From NCBI GenBank assembly GCA_964187785.1, contig OZ076409.1, positions 71,054,001-71,118,000 of the forward strand: 64,000 bases of DNA, in the 5' to 3' direction. This document shows, one piece after another, positions 8,085-22,500 of the stretch. Source of the DNA: Amphiscolops sp. MND2022 (taxonomy: Eukaryota). The position numbers and the translations under genes are program-made. The notes beneath the pieces are model-generated. The model was not told the DNA's origin. It did no database searches and saw nothing but the letters and a program-made list of their open reading frames with translations. The stretch's first letter is position 1. Every line of letters starts with the position of its first letter.

Positions 8085-10648
8085 GTGCCGGTGTTTTTTT
8101 ACACAATGGGGGAAGTTGCGCGTGTGGGGAGGGTCCCTGACGCGCTCCCGGGATTTCGGATTTTTTAACCTTTACGTACCCATCAAAAATTTTGGGATCT
8201 CGAAAACTAGCCGTACGATTTGGCTGAAATTTGGCACACGTACCCCCCTCGGCACGGTGAAGATGATTCCCTACTGACGTTTTGCTCGCTAAACATTTTT
8301 TGTTGACCAAAATAACGGTTTTTGGGGTAAAATTTTCAACATTTTTTAAATTTCATCTTATATCTCGCCACGGGTACACGCTAGCGCTTCCAAACCTTGC
8401 TGACGAAAGTTTGCAAACTGTCTCAGGAATGCTGTGTGAAATTTTCAGCTCAATCGGACTTAAACTCGAGGAGATATAGCGTTTTTCCGGAGCGGGGGGG
8501 TTTCATTTTTCTAACGGTCCAGCTTATCTTTGCCATTTTTTCGAAAATGCACTCGCCTAAAGGCCTCCCCTGGCCGGTTTTATTCCCAGCAAAACCATTT
8601 GGCCCTAAATACGGAGTTTCAGCGTTCTAGCATTCCGGGGCGAAAAGTTGTGGGACTTAGAAAATTTCAAAAATTTTCAAAAAAATTTTTTTCCGTTATT
8701 TGGGCCCTCAAAGTGGGGGAAAAGACCCCCCAACCAGTAAAGCAAGTGAATGCATGTGGAAAGCCCTTGTTTAGACGAGAAAAATGCCGTTTAGAACGTC
8801 TTTTTATCTTAACTTGACATTGACTTTTGCCGTTTTGAAGGTGACCGTTAGATACGGAAAATTGATGTTTTGAGTATTTATCCCATCTGAAAGCCATTGA
8901 GATACAACATGTTTTGCTCAAAACGTGTTTCATTGCAGTTTCGCTGTCCATTATCACCCTTTGGTGTCTTTTCACGTAATTTTCGTTTCTATAATAACAA
9001 TTTTTTTGTGTATTTATTCATTTTTTCTCATCAAATAACTTGAAACAGTTGAGTACATTCCATCTCCCTTCCCGGGGGAGATGAGAATGTACTCGCTAAA
9101 GGTCAGGAACTACGGTCAATATCTTCCACAACACAAAAGGGATTGCAAATGGTTTCAGTTTGTCGCCGAAAACTTCTTTTTGCCCTCTGTGACTCGACAA
9201 AATGAACGTTTCTTACTTACTTTGAAACTCAGCATACCACAACTCATTTCTAACGTCAGCGCCCCCCTACTTGCATCAACGCCCACCGTCCGTGGGCATG
9301 CCGAGGCATGCCCTTCGACGACGTATACCAAGATATACCTGGAGCGCGGTAGCCGCTAGGTGCCGGGATTTCTATTCGATAAAGTATGTGGCGCGCCTTG
9401 GGTAGGGTCCCTTGCGCGCTCTTGGGTATGGTGTTCACCAGCTAGGAAATAGGGGTCGATTTTTCGGGATCTCCTAAACTAGCCACACGATTTGGCTGAA
9501 ATTTGGCACACGTATTCCCCTCGGCACGGTGAAGATGATTTCCTACTGACGTTTTTCCCGCAAAATTTTTTTTGTTGTCCAAAATAACGGTTTTTGGGGG
9601 AAAATTTTGAACTTTTTTTAAATTTCATCTTATATCTCGCCATGGGTTTACGCTAGCGCTTCAAAACCCTGCTAAAGAAAGCTTGCAAACTGTCTCAGGA
9701 ATGCGGTGTGAAATTTTCAGCTCAATCAGACTTAAACTCAGGGAGATATAGCGTTTTTCCGGAGCGGGGGGGTTTCATTTTTCTAACGGTCCAGCTTATC
9801 TTAGCCATTTTTTCGAAAATGTACTCGCCTAAAGACCTCCCCTGGCCGGTTTTATTCCCAGCAAAACCATTTGGCCCTAAATACGGAGTTTCAGCGTTCC
9901 AGCATTCCCGGGCGAAAAGTTGTGGGACTTAGAAAAATTCAAAAATTTTCAAAATTTTTTTTTTCGGTTTTCCGCCCTCCCCCCCGAGGGGAAAAGACAC
10001 CCCAACCAGTAATTTGAGTGAATTCATGTGGAAAGGCCATGTTTAGAGGAGAAAAATCCCGTTTAAATCGTCTTTTTATCTTTATTCAACGTTGACTTAT
10101 GACGTTTTGAAGGTGATGTTTGGAAGGTGTGAAGCACGTGAAAAGTAAACGTTATGAGTATTTATCTGATCTGAAAGCCATTGAGATGCAATCTGTTTTG
10201 CTCAAAACGTAATTCATATCCGTTTGGTAGTCAATCAACACCCTTTGTTATCATTTGACATCTTTTTTTGTTGATATAAGAAAAAATTTTGTGTATTTAT
10301 TCATTTTTTTCTCATCAAATAACTTGAAACAGTTGAGTACATTCCATCCCCCCTTCACGGGGGAGATGAGAATGTACTCGCAAAAAGCCCCAAACTACGG
10401 CCCTTACCTTCCTGAGCTACACAGTATAAAGATTGCATATTGGTTCCGACATTTTGATAGAGTTATATCTTGGTAATCTGTCTGGATATGCAGAAAAACC
10501 AGCACGTGCTTTTTTATACCAAGTTGCTTACAACGACAATTATTTTATATCAACGCCCCCATATTTATCAACGCCCCCCGTCCGTGGGCATGCCGAGGCA
10601 TGCCCTTCGACGACGTATACCAAGATATGTTCGAGCGCGTTAGCCTAG
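8085..10648 (+). mobile_element. Two class D units (1275 and 1289 bp)
   Basis: Heads GTGCCGG; body GATTTGGCTGAAATTTGGCACACGTA..CCCCTCGGCACGG; the two units have different variable windows. Confidence 0.6.
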
Positions 10649-13600
10649 GTGGCCGTGTCTTTTCGACGTGCTTTTGCATTGAGGAGTGGGTAGGGCCCCG
10701 CGACGACCTAGAAGAATTGGATGCTCACCGAAACGTGCAGAATTCTACGAGATCTCATAGTTTGAGCCATACGATTTTGCTGAAAGTTGGCATGTGGCCT
10801 GGAATTGGTGAGTAGGTAAAACGTGTAGGATGTGATTTTTCCCAAATTCCACTGTGAGACGAGATATGGGCAAATAACGGTCCCAAAAATGGCAAAAATG
10901 CACTTTTTTCAACTTTGTCAGCCCATATCTCGTTCCCAGGTGCCCGGAGCGGGACGCGTTAAGCTGATTATAAACTCTAGGGTGTTGAGGCTGTACGGTG
11001 AACTTAGGCCCGTTCCGATCCGACTTGTAGTCTTGGAGAAATAACGGTATTTTTGGGGAACCTTTTCTAACGGTCCAGCTTATCTTTGCCATTTTTTCGA
11101 AAATGTACTCGCCTAAAGGCCTCCCCCTGGCCGAATTTACTCCCAGCAAAACCATTTGGCCCTAAATACGGAGTTTCAGCGTTCCAGCATTCCCGGGCGA
11201 AAAGTTGTGGGACTTGGAAAATTTTCAAAAATTTTCAAAAAATTTTTTTTTCGTTTTCCGGGCCCCCAATGAAGGGGAAACGACCCCCCAACCAGTATTT
11301 TGAGTGAATTCATGTGGAAAGCCCTTGTTTTGACGAGAAAAATACCGTTTAGAACATCTTTTTATCTTGACTCAACGTTGACTTATGACGTTTTGAATGT
11401 GATGTAAGGATGTAGGAGGCATGTGATAAGTTGATGTTTTGAGTCTTTATCTCATATGAAAGCGGTTGAGATGCAAGCTGTCCTGCTCAAAACGTCTTTC
11501 GTTGTAATTTTCCAGTGCACCAATACCCTTTGGTGTCATATAAACATACTTTTTGTCGATATATTAACAATTTTAATGTATTTATTCCAATTTTTATTAT
11601 CTTATAACTCAAAACAGTTGAGTACATTTCATCTCCCTTTCGGGGGAGATGAGAATGTACTCGCTAAAGACCTAGCGCCATGACCAAAAGTTTGAAACCC
11701 ACGTTTTTTATCTTCTTACAGACTTGTTTTTGTATTTTTTCGGAATTTTTTAAAAATTAATATACTTGAAATACATTACTTGACTTTACTACTACAACCC
11801 ACCTCCAACGACAACGCCCCCCTGCTTGCATCAACGCCCACCGTCCGTGGGCATGCCGAGGCATGCCCTTCGACGACGTATGCCAAATGCCCAGTGCCAC
11901 GCAGTCATTATCGCTAGGTGGCCGTGTCTTTTCGACGTGCTTTTGCATTGAGGAGTGGGTAGGGCCCCGCGACGACCTAGAAGAATTGGATGCTCACCGA
12001 AACGTGCAGAATTCTACGAGATCTCATAGTTTGAGCCATACGATTTTTCTGAAATTTGGCATGTGGCCTGGAATTGGTGAGTAGGTAAAACGTGTAGAAG
12101 GTAATTTTTCCCAAATTCCACTGTGAGAGGAGATATGGGCAAATAACGGACCCAAAAATGGCAAAAATGCACATTTTTCAACTTTGTCAGCCAATATCTC
12201 TTTTCCAGGTGCCCGTAGCGTTCCGCACGTGGACATCAATATTGCTCAGCGCTGTTGGAGGAGTGCGTGGACAAATTTTGGTTTAAATCGGACTAAAACT
12301 TGACGAGAAATTAACGGTTTTTTGGGCGTTTCCGGGGTAAATTTTTTAACGGTCCAGCTTATCTTTGCCATTTTTTCGAAAATGTACATGCCTAAAGGCC
12401 TCCCCCTGGCCGAATTTACTCCCAGCAAACCCATTTGGCCCTAAATACGGAGTTTCAGCGTTCCAGCATTCCGGGGCGGAAAGTTGTGTGACTTGGAAAA
12501 ATTTCAAAATTTTTTCAAAAATTTTTTTCCCGTTTTCCGGGCCCCCAATGAAGGGGAACGACCCCCCAACCAGTATTTTGAGTGAATTCATGTGGAAAGC
12601 CCATGTTTGGAGGAGAAAAATGCCGTTTAGCACATCTTTTTATCTTAACTTGACATTGACTTATGACGTTTTGAATGTGATGTTAGGATATATGAAGCAT
12701 GTTAAAAGTTGAAGTTTTGAGTCTTTATCTCATCGGAAAACCATTGAGATACAAGCAGTTTTGCTAAAAACGATTTTCATTGTAGGTTAGCAGAGTATTA
12801 GTACACTTTGATGTCATTTGAGTATTTTTTTCTTCTATATAATAACTGTTTTTATGTATTTATTCCAATTTATCTCATCTTTTACCATCAAGCAGTTGAG
12901 TACATTTCATCTCCCTTTCGGGGGAGATGAGAATGTACTCGCTAAAAACCTAATGCTATGGCGCCAATGTTTGGATGGGAAGTTTTCTATGCTTTGAAAA
13001 AAGTTATTTTTAATTACTTGATTTTTTAAAACAATAATTAACATGAAGTACATTACTTGCTCCTACTACTACCACCATACATCTCTAACGTCAACGCCCC
13101 CTGCTTGCATCAACGCCCCATCGTCCGTGGGCATGCCGAGGCATGCCCTTCGACGACGTATGCCAAATGCCCAGTGCCACGCAGTCTTTTCCCGCTAGGT
13201 GGCCGTGTCTTTTCGACGTGCTTTTGCATTGAGGAGTGGGTAGGGCCCCGCGACGACCTAGAAGAATTGGATGCTCACCGAAACGTGCAGAATTCTACGA
13301 GATCTCATAGTTTGAGCCATACGATTTTTCTGAAATTTGGCATGTGGCCTGGAATTGGTGAGTAGGTAAAACGTGTAGAAGGTAATTTTTCCCAAATTCC
13401 ACTGTGAGAGGAGATATGGGCAAATAACGGACCCAAAAATGGCAAAAATGCACATTTTTCAACTTTGTCAGCCAATATCTCTTTTCCAGGTGCCCGTAGC
13501 GTTCCGCACGTGGACATCAATATTGCTCAGCGCTGTTGGAGGAGTGCGTGGACAAATTTTGGTTTAAATCGGACTTAAACTTGACGAGAAATTAACGGTT

Positions 13601-16600
13601 TTTTGGGCGTTTCCGGGGTAAATTTTTTAACGGTCCAGCTTATCTTTGCCATTTTTTCGAAAATGTACATGCCTAAAGGCCTCCCCCTGGCCGAATTTAC
13701 TCCCAGCAAACCCATTTGGCCCTAAATACGGAGTTTCAGCGTTCCAGCATTCCGGGGCGGAAAGTTGTGGGACTTGGAAAAATTTCAAAATTTTTTCAAA
13801 AATTTTTTTTCCCGTTTTCCGGGCCCCCAATGAAGGGGAACGACCCCCCAACCAGTATTTTGAGTGAATTCATGTGGAACGCCCATGTTTGGAGGAGAAA
13901 AATGCCGTTTAGAACATCTTTTTATCTTAACTTGACATTGACTTATGACGTTTTGAATGTGATGTTAGGATATATGAAGCATGTTAAAAGTTGAAGTTTT
14001 GAGTCTTTATCTCATCGGAAAACCATTGAGATACAAGCAGTTTTGCTAAAAACGATTTTCATTGTAGGTTAGCAGAGTATTAGTACACTTTGATGTCATT
14101 TGAGTATTTTTTTCTTCTATATAATAACTGTTTTTATGTATTTATTCCAATTTATCTCATCTTTTAACATCAAGCAGTTGAGTACATTTCATCTCCCTTT
14201 CGGGGGAGATGAGAATGTACTCGCTAAAAACCTAATGCTATGGCGCCAATGTTTGGATGGGAAGTTTTCTATGCTTTGAAAAAAGTTATTTTTAATTACT
14301 TGATTTTTTAAAACAATAATTAACATGAAGTACATTACTTGCTCCTACTACTACCACCATACATCTCTAACGTCAACGCCCCCTGCTTGCATCAACGCCC
14401 CATCGTCCGTGGGCATGCCGAGGCATGCCCTTCGACGACGTATGCCAAATGCCCAGTGCCACGCAGTCTTTTCCCGCTAGGTGGCCGTGTCTTTTCGACG
14501 TGCTTTTGCATCGAGGAGTGGGTAGGGCCCCGCGACGACCTAGAAGAATTGGATGCTCACCGAAACGTGCAGAATTCTACGAGATCTCATAGTTTGAGCC
14601 ATACGATTTTTCTGAAATTTGGCATGTGGCCTGGAATTGGTGAGTAGGTAAAACGTGTAGAAGGTAATTTTTCCCAAATTCCACTCTGAGACGAGATATG
14701 GGCAAATAACGGTCCCAAAAATCGCAAAATTGCACTTTTTTCAACTTTGTCAGCCCATATCTCGTTCCCAGGTGCCCGGAGCGGGACGCGTTAAGCTGAT
14801 TATAAACTTTAGGGTGTTGAGGCGGTACGGTGAACTTGGGCCCGTTCCGATCGGACTTGTAGTCTTGGAGAAATAACGGTATTTTTGGGAAATTTTTTCT
14901 AACGGTCCAGCTTATCTTTGCCATTTTTTCGAAAATGTACTCGCCTAAAGGCCTCCCCCTGGCCGAATTTACACCCAGCAAAACCATTTGGCCCTAAATA
15001 CGGAGTTTCAGCGTTCCAGCATTCCCGGGCGAAAAGTTGTGGGACTTGGAAAAATTTCAAAAATTTTCAAAATTTTTTTTTTAACGTTTTCCGGGCCCCC
15101 AATGAAGGGGAAACGAACCCCCAACCAGTATTTTGAGTGAATGCATGTGGAAAGGCCATGGTTAGAGGAGAAAAATGCCGTTTAGATTGTCTTTCTATTT
15201 TAACTTGACATTGACTTATGACGTTTTGAATGTGATGTTAGGATGTGTGAGGCATGTGAAAAGTTGATGTTTTGAGTCTTTATCTCATATGAAAGCAATT
15301 GAGATGCACGCTGTCCTGCTCAAAACGTCTTTCGTTGTAGTTTTCCAGTGCACCAGAACCCTTTGGTGTCATTTGAACATACTTTTCTTCGGTTTATTAA
15401 CATTTTTAATGTATTTATTCCAATTTTTATTATCTTATAGCTCAAAACAGTTGAGTACATTTCATCTCCCTTTCGGGGGAGATGAGAATGTACTCGCTAA
15501 AGACCTAGCGCCATGACCAAAATTTGAAGCGCACGTTTTGTATCTTCTTACAGACTTGTTTTTGTATTTTTTCGGATTTTTCTAAAAAATAATAATATAC
15601 TTGAAATACATTACTTGACTTTACTACTACATTCCACCTCCAACGTCAACGCCCCCCTGCTTGCATCAACGCCCACCGTCCGTGGGCATGCCGAGGCATG
15701 CCCTTCGACGACGTATGCCAAATGCCCAGTGCCACGCAGTCATTTTCGCTAGGTGGCCGTGTCTTTTCGACGTGCTTTTGCATCGAGGAGTGGGTAGGGC
15801 CCCGCGACGACCTAGAAGAATTGGATGCTCACCGAAACGTGCAGAATTCTACGAGATCTCATAGTTTGAGCCATACGATTTTTCTGAAATTTGGCATGTG
15901 GCCTGGAATTGGTGAGTAGGTAAAACGTGTAGAAGGTGATTTTTCCCAAATTCCACTGTGAGACGAGATATGGGCAAATAACGGTCCCAAAAATGGCAAA
16001 AATGCACTTTTTTCAACTTTGTCAGCCCATATCTCGTTCCCAGGTGCCCGGAGCGGGACGCGTTAAGCTGATTATAAACTCTAGGGTGTTGAGGCTGTAC
16101 GGGGAAGTCAGGCCCGTTCCGATCGGACTTGTAGTCTTGAAGAAATAACGGTATTTTTGGGGAACCTTTTCTAACGGTCCAGCTTATCTTTGCCATTTTT
16201 TCGAAAATGTACTCGCCTAAAGGCCTCCCCCTGGCCGAATTTACTCCCAGCAAAACCATTTGGCCCTAAATACGGAGTTTCAGCGTTCCAGCATTCCCGG
16301 GCGAAAAGTTGTGGGACTTGGAAAATTTTCAAAAATTTTCAAAAATTTTTTTTTTTCGTTTTCCGGGCCCCCAATGAAGGGGAAACGACCCCCCAACCAG
16401 TATTTTGAGTGAATTCATGTGGAAAGCCCTTGTTTTGACGAGAAAAATACCGTTTAGAACATCTTTTTATCTTGACTCAACGTTGACTTATGACGTTTTG
16501 AATGTGATGTAAGGATGTAGGAGGCATGTGATAAGTTGATGTTTTGAGTCTTTATCTCATATGAAAGCGGTTGAGATGCAAGCTGTCCTGCTCAAAACGT

Positions 16601-18302
16601 CTTTCGTTGTAACTTTCCAGTGCACCAATACCCTTTGGTGTCATATAAACATACTTTTTGTCGATATATTAACAATTTTAATGTATTTATTCCAATTTTT
16701 ATTATCTTATAACTCAAAACAGTTGAGTACATTTCATCTCCCTTTCGGGGGAGATGAGAATGTACTCGCTAAAGACCTAGCGCCATGACCAAAAATTTGA
16801 AACCCACGTTTTTTATCTTCTTACAGACTTGTTTTTGTATTTTTTCGGAATTTTTCAAAAATTAATATACTTGAAATACATTACTTGACTTTACTACTAC
16901 AACCCACCTCCAACGACAACGCCCCCCTGCTTGCATCAACGCCCACCGTCCGTGGGCATGCCGAGGCATGCCCTTCGACGACGTATGCCAAATGCCCAGT
17001 GCCACGCAGTCATTATCGCTAGGTGGCCGTGTCTTTTCGACGTGCTTTTGCATTGAGGAGTGGGTAGGGCCCCGCGACGACCTAGAAGAATTGGATGCTC
17101 ACCGAAACGTGCAGAATTCTACGAGATCTCATAGTTTGAGCCATACGATTTTTCTGAAATTTGGCATGTGGCCTGGAATTGGTGAGTAGGTAAAACGTGT
17201 AGAAGGTAATTTTTCCCAAATTCCACTGTGAGAGGAGATATGGGCAAATAACGGACCCAAAAATGGCAAAAATGCACATTTTTCAACTTTGTCAGCCAAT
17301 ATCTCTTTTCCAGGTGCCCGTAGCGTTCCGCACGTGGACGTCAATATTGCTCAGCGCTGTTGGAGGAGTGCGTGGACAAATTTTGGTTTGAATCGGACTG
17401 AAACTTGACGAGAAATTACCGGTTTTTTGGGCGTTTCCGGGGTAAATTTTTTAACGGTCCAGCTTATCTTTGCCATTTTTTCGAAAATGTACATGCCTAA
17501 AGGCCTCCCCCTGGCCGAATTTACTCCCAGCAAACCCATTTGGCCCTAAATACGGAGTTTCAGCGTTCCAGCATTCCGGGGCGGAAAGTTGTGGGACTTG
17601 GAAAAATTTCAAAATTTTTTCAAAATTTTTTTTTCCCGTTTTCCGGGCCCCCAATGAAGGGGAACGACCCCCCAACCAGTATTTTGAGTGAATTCATGTG
17701 GAACGCCCATGTTTGGAGGAGAAAAATGCCGTTTAGCACATATTTTTATCTTAACTTGACATTGACTTATGACGTTTTGAATGTGATGTTAGGATATATG
17801 AAGCATGTTAAAAGTTGAAGTTTTGAGTCTTTATCTCATCGGAAAACCATTGAGATACAAGCAGTTTTGCTAAAAACGATTTTCATTGTAGGTTAGCAGA
17901 GTATTAGTACACTTTGATGTCATTTGAGTATTTTTTTCTTCTATATAATAACTGTTTTTATGTATTTATTCCAATTTATCTCATCTTTTAACATCAAGCA
18001 GTTGAGTACATTTCATCTCCCTTTCGGGGGAGATGAGAATGTACTCGCTAAAAACCTAATGCTATGGCGCCAATGTTTGGATGGGAAGTTTTCTATGCTT
18101 TGAAAAAAGTTATTTTTAATTACTTGATTTTTTAAAACAATAATTAACATGAAGTACATTACTTGCTCCTACTACTACCACCATACATCTCTAACGTCAA
18201 CGCCCCCTGCTTGCATCAACGCCCACCGTCCGTGGGCATGCCGAGGCATGCCCTTCGACGACGTATGCCAAATGCCCAGTGCCACGCAGTCATTATCGCT
18301 AG
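10649..18302 (+). mobile_element. Six class A units (1269-1282 bp, three subtypes)
   Basis: Same class A head; internal joints at 11917, 13198, 14480, 15752 and 17022. Confidence 0.6.
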
Positions 18303-19584
18303 GTGGCCGGGAATTTTTTTTTCCACATAAATCTTTGCCACTGGGGTAGGGGCCCCGAGTGGCTGTTGTTCGGTTTACTTCCCATAGGATTTGCCCGCTG
18401 CGGAGACGATCTCAGAAACTAGCCATACGATTTGGCTCAAACTTGGCACAGAGCCTCCTTGAAAGATTATAAGAACTTTTTCCTATTGGCGTTTTTCGAT
18501 TGAAATATTTTATGTTGACCAAAATTGCGTTCAAAGTGTCCATTGTTGCGTAATTTTTGTCTTTTTCAACTTTGATGGTCCATAACTTTTTTTGAGATGC
18601 CCGGAGCGGGTCGCACGTGGTGAACAATATTGCTGGGCACTTCAAGAGCTGTCCGTAGACAAATTTTAGTCCAGATTGGAAAAAAATTGATGGAGTAATA
18701 GCCGCAAATCGCACACATTTTGTCGAATTTTTTCGGAACACTAGTCTATCTCTGCCGTTTTTTGCCCAGATTTTTTTCCAGGACCTCTCCTAAAGGCCTC
18801 CCCTGGCCGGTTTACCTCCCAGAAAAACCATTTGGCCTTAAATACGGAGTTTCAGCATTCCAGTATTCCCCGGGTAAAAGATAAATGACTTAGAATTTTT
18901 TTCGAAAAATTTTCAAAAATTTTTTTTCAACTTCAGGCCTCCCAAAGTCAGGAATTTTCCACACAACTAGTATTGCAAGTGAATGCATGTGGAAAGTGCT
19001 TGAATAGACAAGAAAAATGAGCTATTATACGACTCTGTAGCTTAATCTGACGTTGACTTATGACAATTTTAGTAAGAGCTTCCTATGTGAGAAAAAAATT
19101 CAAAAAGTGAAAATTGAATCTAAGTCTCATCCAAAACTCATCGGAATACGTTCAATTCACACCAGAGCGGTTCAATTCCAGTTGTATAGTGCAGCAACAC
19201 CATTCAAGGTCTTTTGGTCCATTTTTATAACTTTTGACACCGTCTTGTTCATCCGATAGCACAAAACAGTTGAGTACATTCCATCTCCCCCCTTGTGGGG
19301 GAGATGAGAATGTACTCGCTAAAAGTCAGGTACTATAGCGCCCATTTTTATTTATTCGACGCTAGTGATGCTATTGCACACGAATACAATAGTTTTGTCA
19401 AATCATGTTTGACATGATGAATCTTACTTTACCTTTAGTTTACGTTTACCTACTACTACAACATCGCAGCCCTAACGTCAACGCCACACACTCTCACTAA
19501 CGCCCACTGTCCGTGGGCATGCCGAGGCATGCCCTTCGACGACGTATGCCAAATAGCGCCACAGGGCGCAAACATTCCCGCTAG
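18303..19584 (+). mobile_element. Class F unit (1282 bp), diverged member of the 1.3-kb group
   Basis: Retains the central block AAAACCATTTGGCC.TAAATACGGAGTTTCAGC, the GAGTACATT hairpin (19272-19317) and the 3' module; the rest is strongly diverged. Confidence 0.6.
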
Positions 19585-22500
19585 GTGCCGGGATTTCTAT
19601 TCGATAAGGTATGTTGCGCGTGTGGGTAGGGTCCCTGGCGCGCTCTTGGGTATGGTGTTCACCAGCTAGGAAACAGGGGTCGATTTTTCGGGATCTCCTA
19701 AACTAGCCACACGATTTGGCTGAAATTTGGCACACGTACTCCCCTCGGCACGGTGAAGATGATTTCCTACTGACGTTTTTCCCGCAAAATTTTTTTTGTT
19801 GTCCAAAATAACGGTTTTTGGGGTAAAATTTTGAATTTTTTTTAAATTTTATCTTATATCTCGCCACGGGTTTACGCTAGCGCTTCAAAACCCTGCTAAA
19901 GAAAGCTTGCAAACTGTCTCAGGAATGCGGTGTGAAATTTTCAGCTCAATCGGACTCAAACTCAGGGAGATATAGCGTTTTTCCGGAGCGGGGGGGTTTC
20001 ATTTTTCTAACGGTCCAGCATATCTTTGCCATTTTTTCGAAAATGCACTCGCCTAAAGACCTCCCCTGGCCGGTTTTATTCCCAGCAAAACCATTTGGCC
20101 CTAAATACGGAGTTTCAGCGTTCCAGCATTCCCGGGCGAAAAGTTGTGGGACTTAGAAAATTTCAAAAATTTTCAAAATTTTTTTTTTCGGTTTTCCGCC
20201 CTCCCCCCCCGGGGGAAAAGACCCCCCAACCAGTAATTTGAGTGAATTCATGTGGAAAGGCCATGTTTAGAGGAGAAAAATCCCGTTTAAATCGTCTTTT
20301 TATCTTTATTCAACGTTGACTTATGACGTTTTGAAGGTGATGTTTGGAGGTGTGAAGCACGTGAAAAGTAAACGTTATGAGTATTTATCTGATCTGAAAG
20401 TCATTGAGATGCAACCTGTTTTGCTCAAAACGTAATTCATATCAATTTGGTAGTCAATAAACACCCTTTGTTGTCATTTGACATTTTTTTTTGTTGATAT
20501 AAGAAAAAATTTTGTGTATTTATTCATTTTTTTCTCATCAAATAACTTGAAACAGTTGAGTACATTCCATCCCCCCTTCACGGGGGAGATGAGAATGTAC
20601 TCGCAAAAAGCCCCAAACTACGGCCCTTACCTTCCTGAGCTACGCAGTATAAAGATTGCATATTGGTTCCGACATTTTGATAGAGTTATATCTTGGTAAT
20701 CTGTCTGGGTATGCAGAAAAACCAGCACGTGCTTTTTTATACCAAGTTGCTCACAACGACATTTATTTTATATCAACGCCCCCATATTTATCAACGCCCC
20801 CCGTCCGTGGGCATGCCGAGGCATGCCCTTCGACGACGTATACCAAGATATACTTCGAGCGCGTTAGCCTAGGTGCCGGTGTTTTTTTACACAAAGGGGG
20901 ATGTTGCGCGTGTGGGGAGGGTCCCTGACGCGCTCCCGGGATTTCGGATTTTTTAACCTTTACGTACCCATCAAAAATTTTGGGATCTCGAAAACTAGCC
21001 GTACGATTTGGCTGAAATTTGGCACACGTACCCCCCTCGGCACGGTGAAGATGATTCCCTACTGACGTTTTGCTCGCTAAACATTTTTTGTTGACCAAAA
21101 TAACGGTTTTTGGGGTAAAATTTTCAACTTTTTTTAAATTTCATCTTATATCTCGCCACGGGTACACGCTAGCGCTTCCAAACCTTGCTGACAAAAGTTT
21201 GCAAACTGTCTCAGGAATGCTGTGTGAAATTTTCAGCTCAATCGGACTCAAACTCGAGGAGATATAGCGTTTTTCCGGAGCGGGGGGGTTTCATTTTTCT
21301 AACGGTCCAGCTTATCTTTGCCATTTTTTCAAAAATGTACTCGTCTAAAGGCCTCCCCTGGCCGGTTTTATTCCCAGCAAAACCATTTGGCCCTAAATAC
21401 GGAGTTTCAGCGTTCCAGCATTTCTGGGCGAAAAGTTGTGGGACTTAGAAAATTTCAAAAATTTTCATAAAATTTTTTTTTCGTTATTTGGGCCCCCAAA
21501 GTGGGGGAAAAGACCCCCCAACCAGTAAAGCAAGTGAATGCATGTGCAAAGCCCTTGTTTGGACGAGAAAAATGCCGTTTAGAACGTCTTTTTATCTTGG
21601 CTCAACGTTGACTTATGACGTTTTGAAGGTGATGTTTGGAGGTGTAAAGCAAGTGAATAGTAAACGTTATGAGTATTTATCTGATCTGAAAGCCATTGAG
21701 ATGCAATATGGTTTGCTCAAAACGTAATTCATTGCAGTTTGGCAATCAATCAACACCCTTTGTTGTCGTTTGACATACTTTTTGGTTGTTATAATAAAAA
21801 ATTTTGTGTATTTATTCATTTTTTTCTCATCAAATAACTTGGAACAGTTGAGTACATTCCATCCCCCCCTTCCGGGGGAGATGAGAATGTACTCGCAAAA
21901 AGCACCGAACTACGGCCCTTACCTTCCCGAGCTACGCAGTATAAGGATTACATATTGGTTCCGACATTTTCATAGAGTTATATCTTGGTAATCTGTCTGG
22001 ATATGCCGAAAAATCAGCACGTGCCTTTTAATACCAAGTTGCTCACAACGACAATTATTTTATCTCAACGCCCCCATATTTATCAACGCCCCCCGTCCGT
22101 GGGCATGCCGAGGCATGCCCTTCGACGACCCGCACCAAAATATGCGTTAGCGCGTTAGCCTAGGTGCCGGGATTTTCTATTCGACAAGTTTGCGCGCCTT
22201 GGGGAGGGTCCCTTTGCGCGCTTTAAGATCCAGGTGTTTCCAACTCCTAAACGGGCATGTGATTTCGACGATCTCCTAAACTAGCCATACGATTTGGCTG
22301 AAATTTGGCACACGTACCCCCCTCGGCACGGTGAAGATGATTTCCTACTGACGTTTTTCCCGCTAAACATTTTTTGTTGACCAAAATAACGGTTTTTGGG
22401 GTAAAATTTTCAACTTTTTTTAAATTTCATCTTATATCTCGCCACGGGTACACGCTAGCGCTTCCAAACCTTGCTGACGAAAGTTTGCAAACTGTCTCAG

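Noticed and set aside
8398..8420. Hammerhead (CTGACGA), HDV-like or twister ribozyme
   Set aside because: CTGANGA is not conserved between units and lacks a properly placed GAAA. The head hairpins are nested, and I could not build the HDV or twister pseudoknots by eye.
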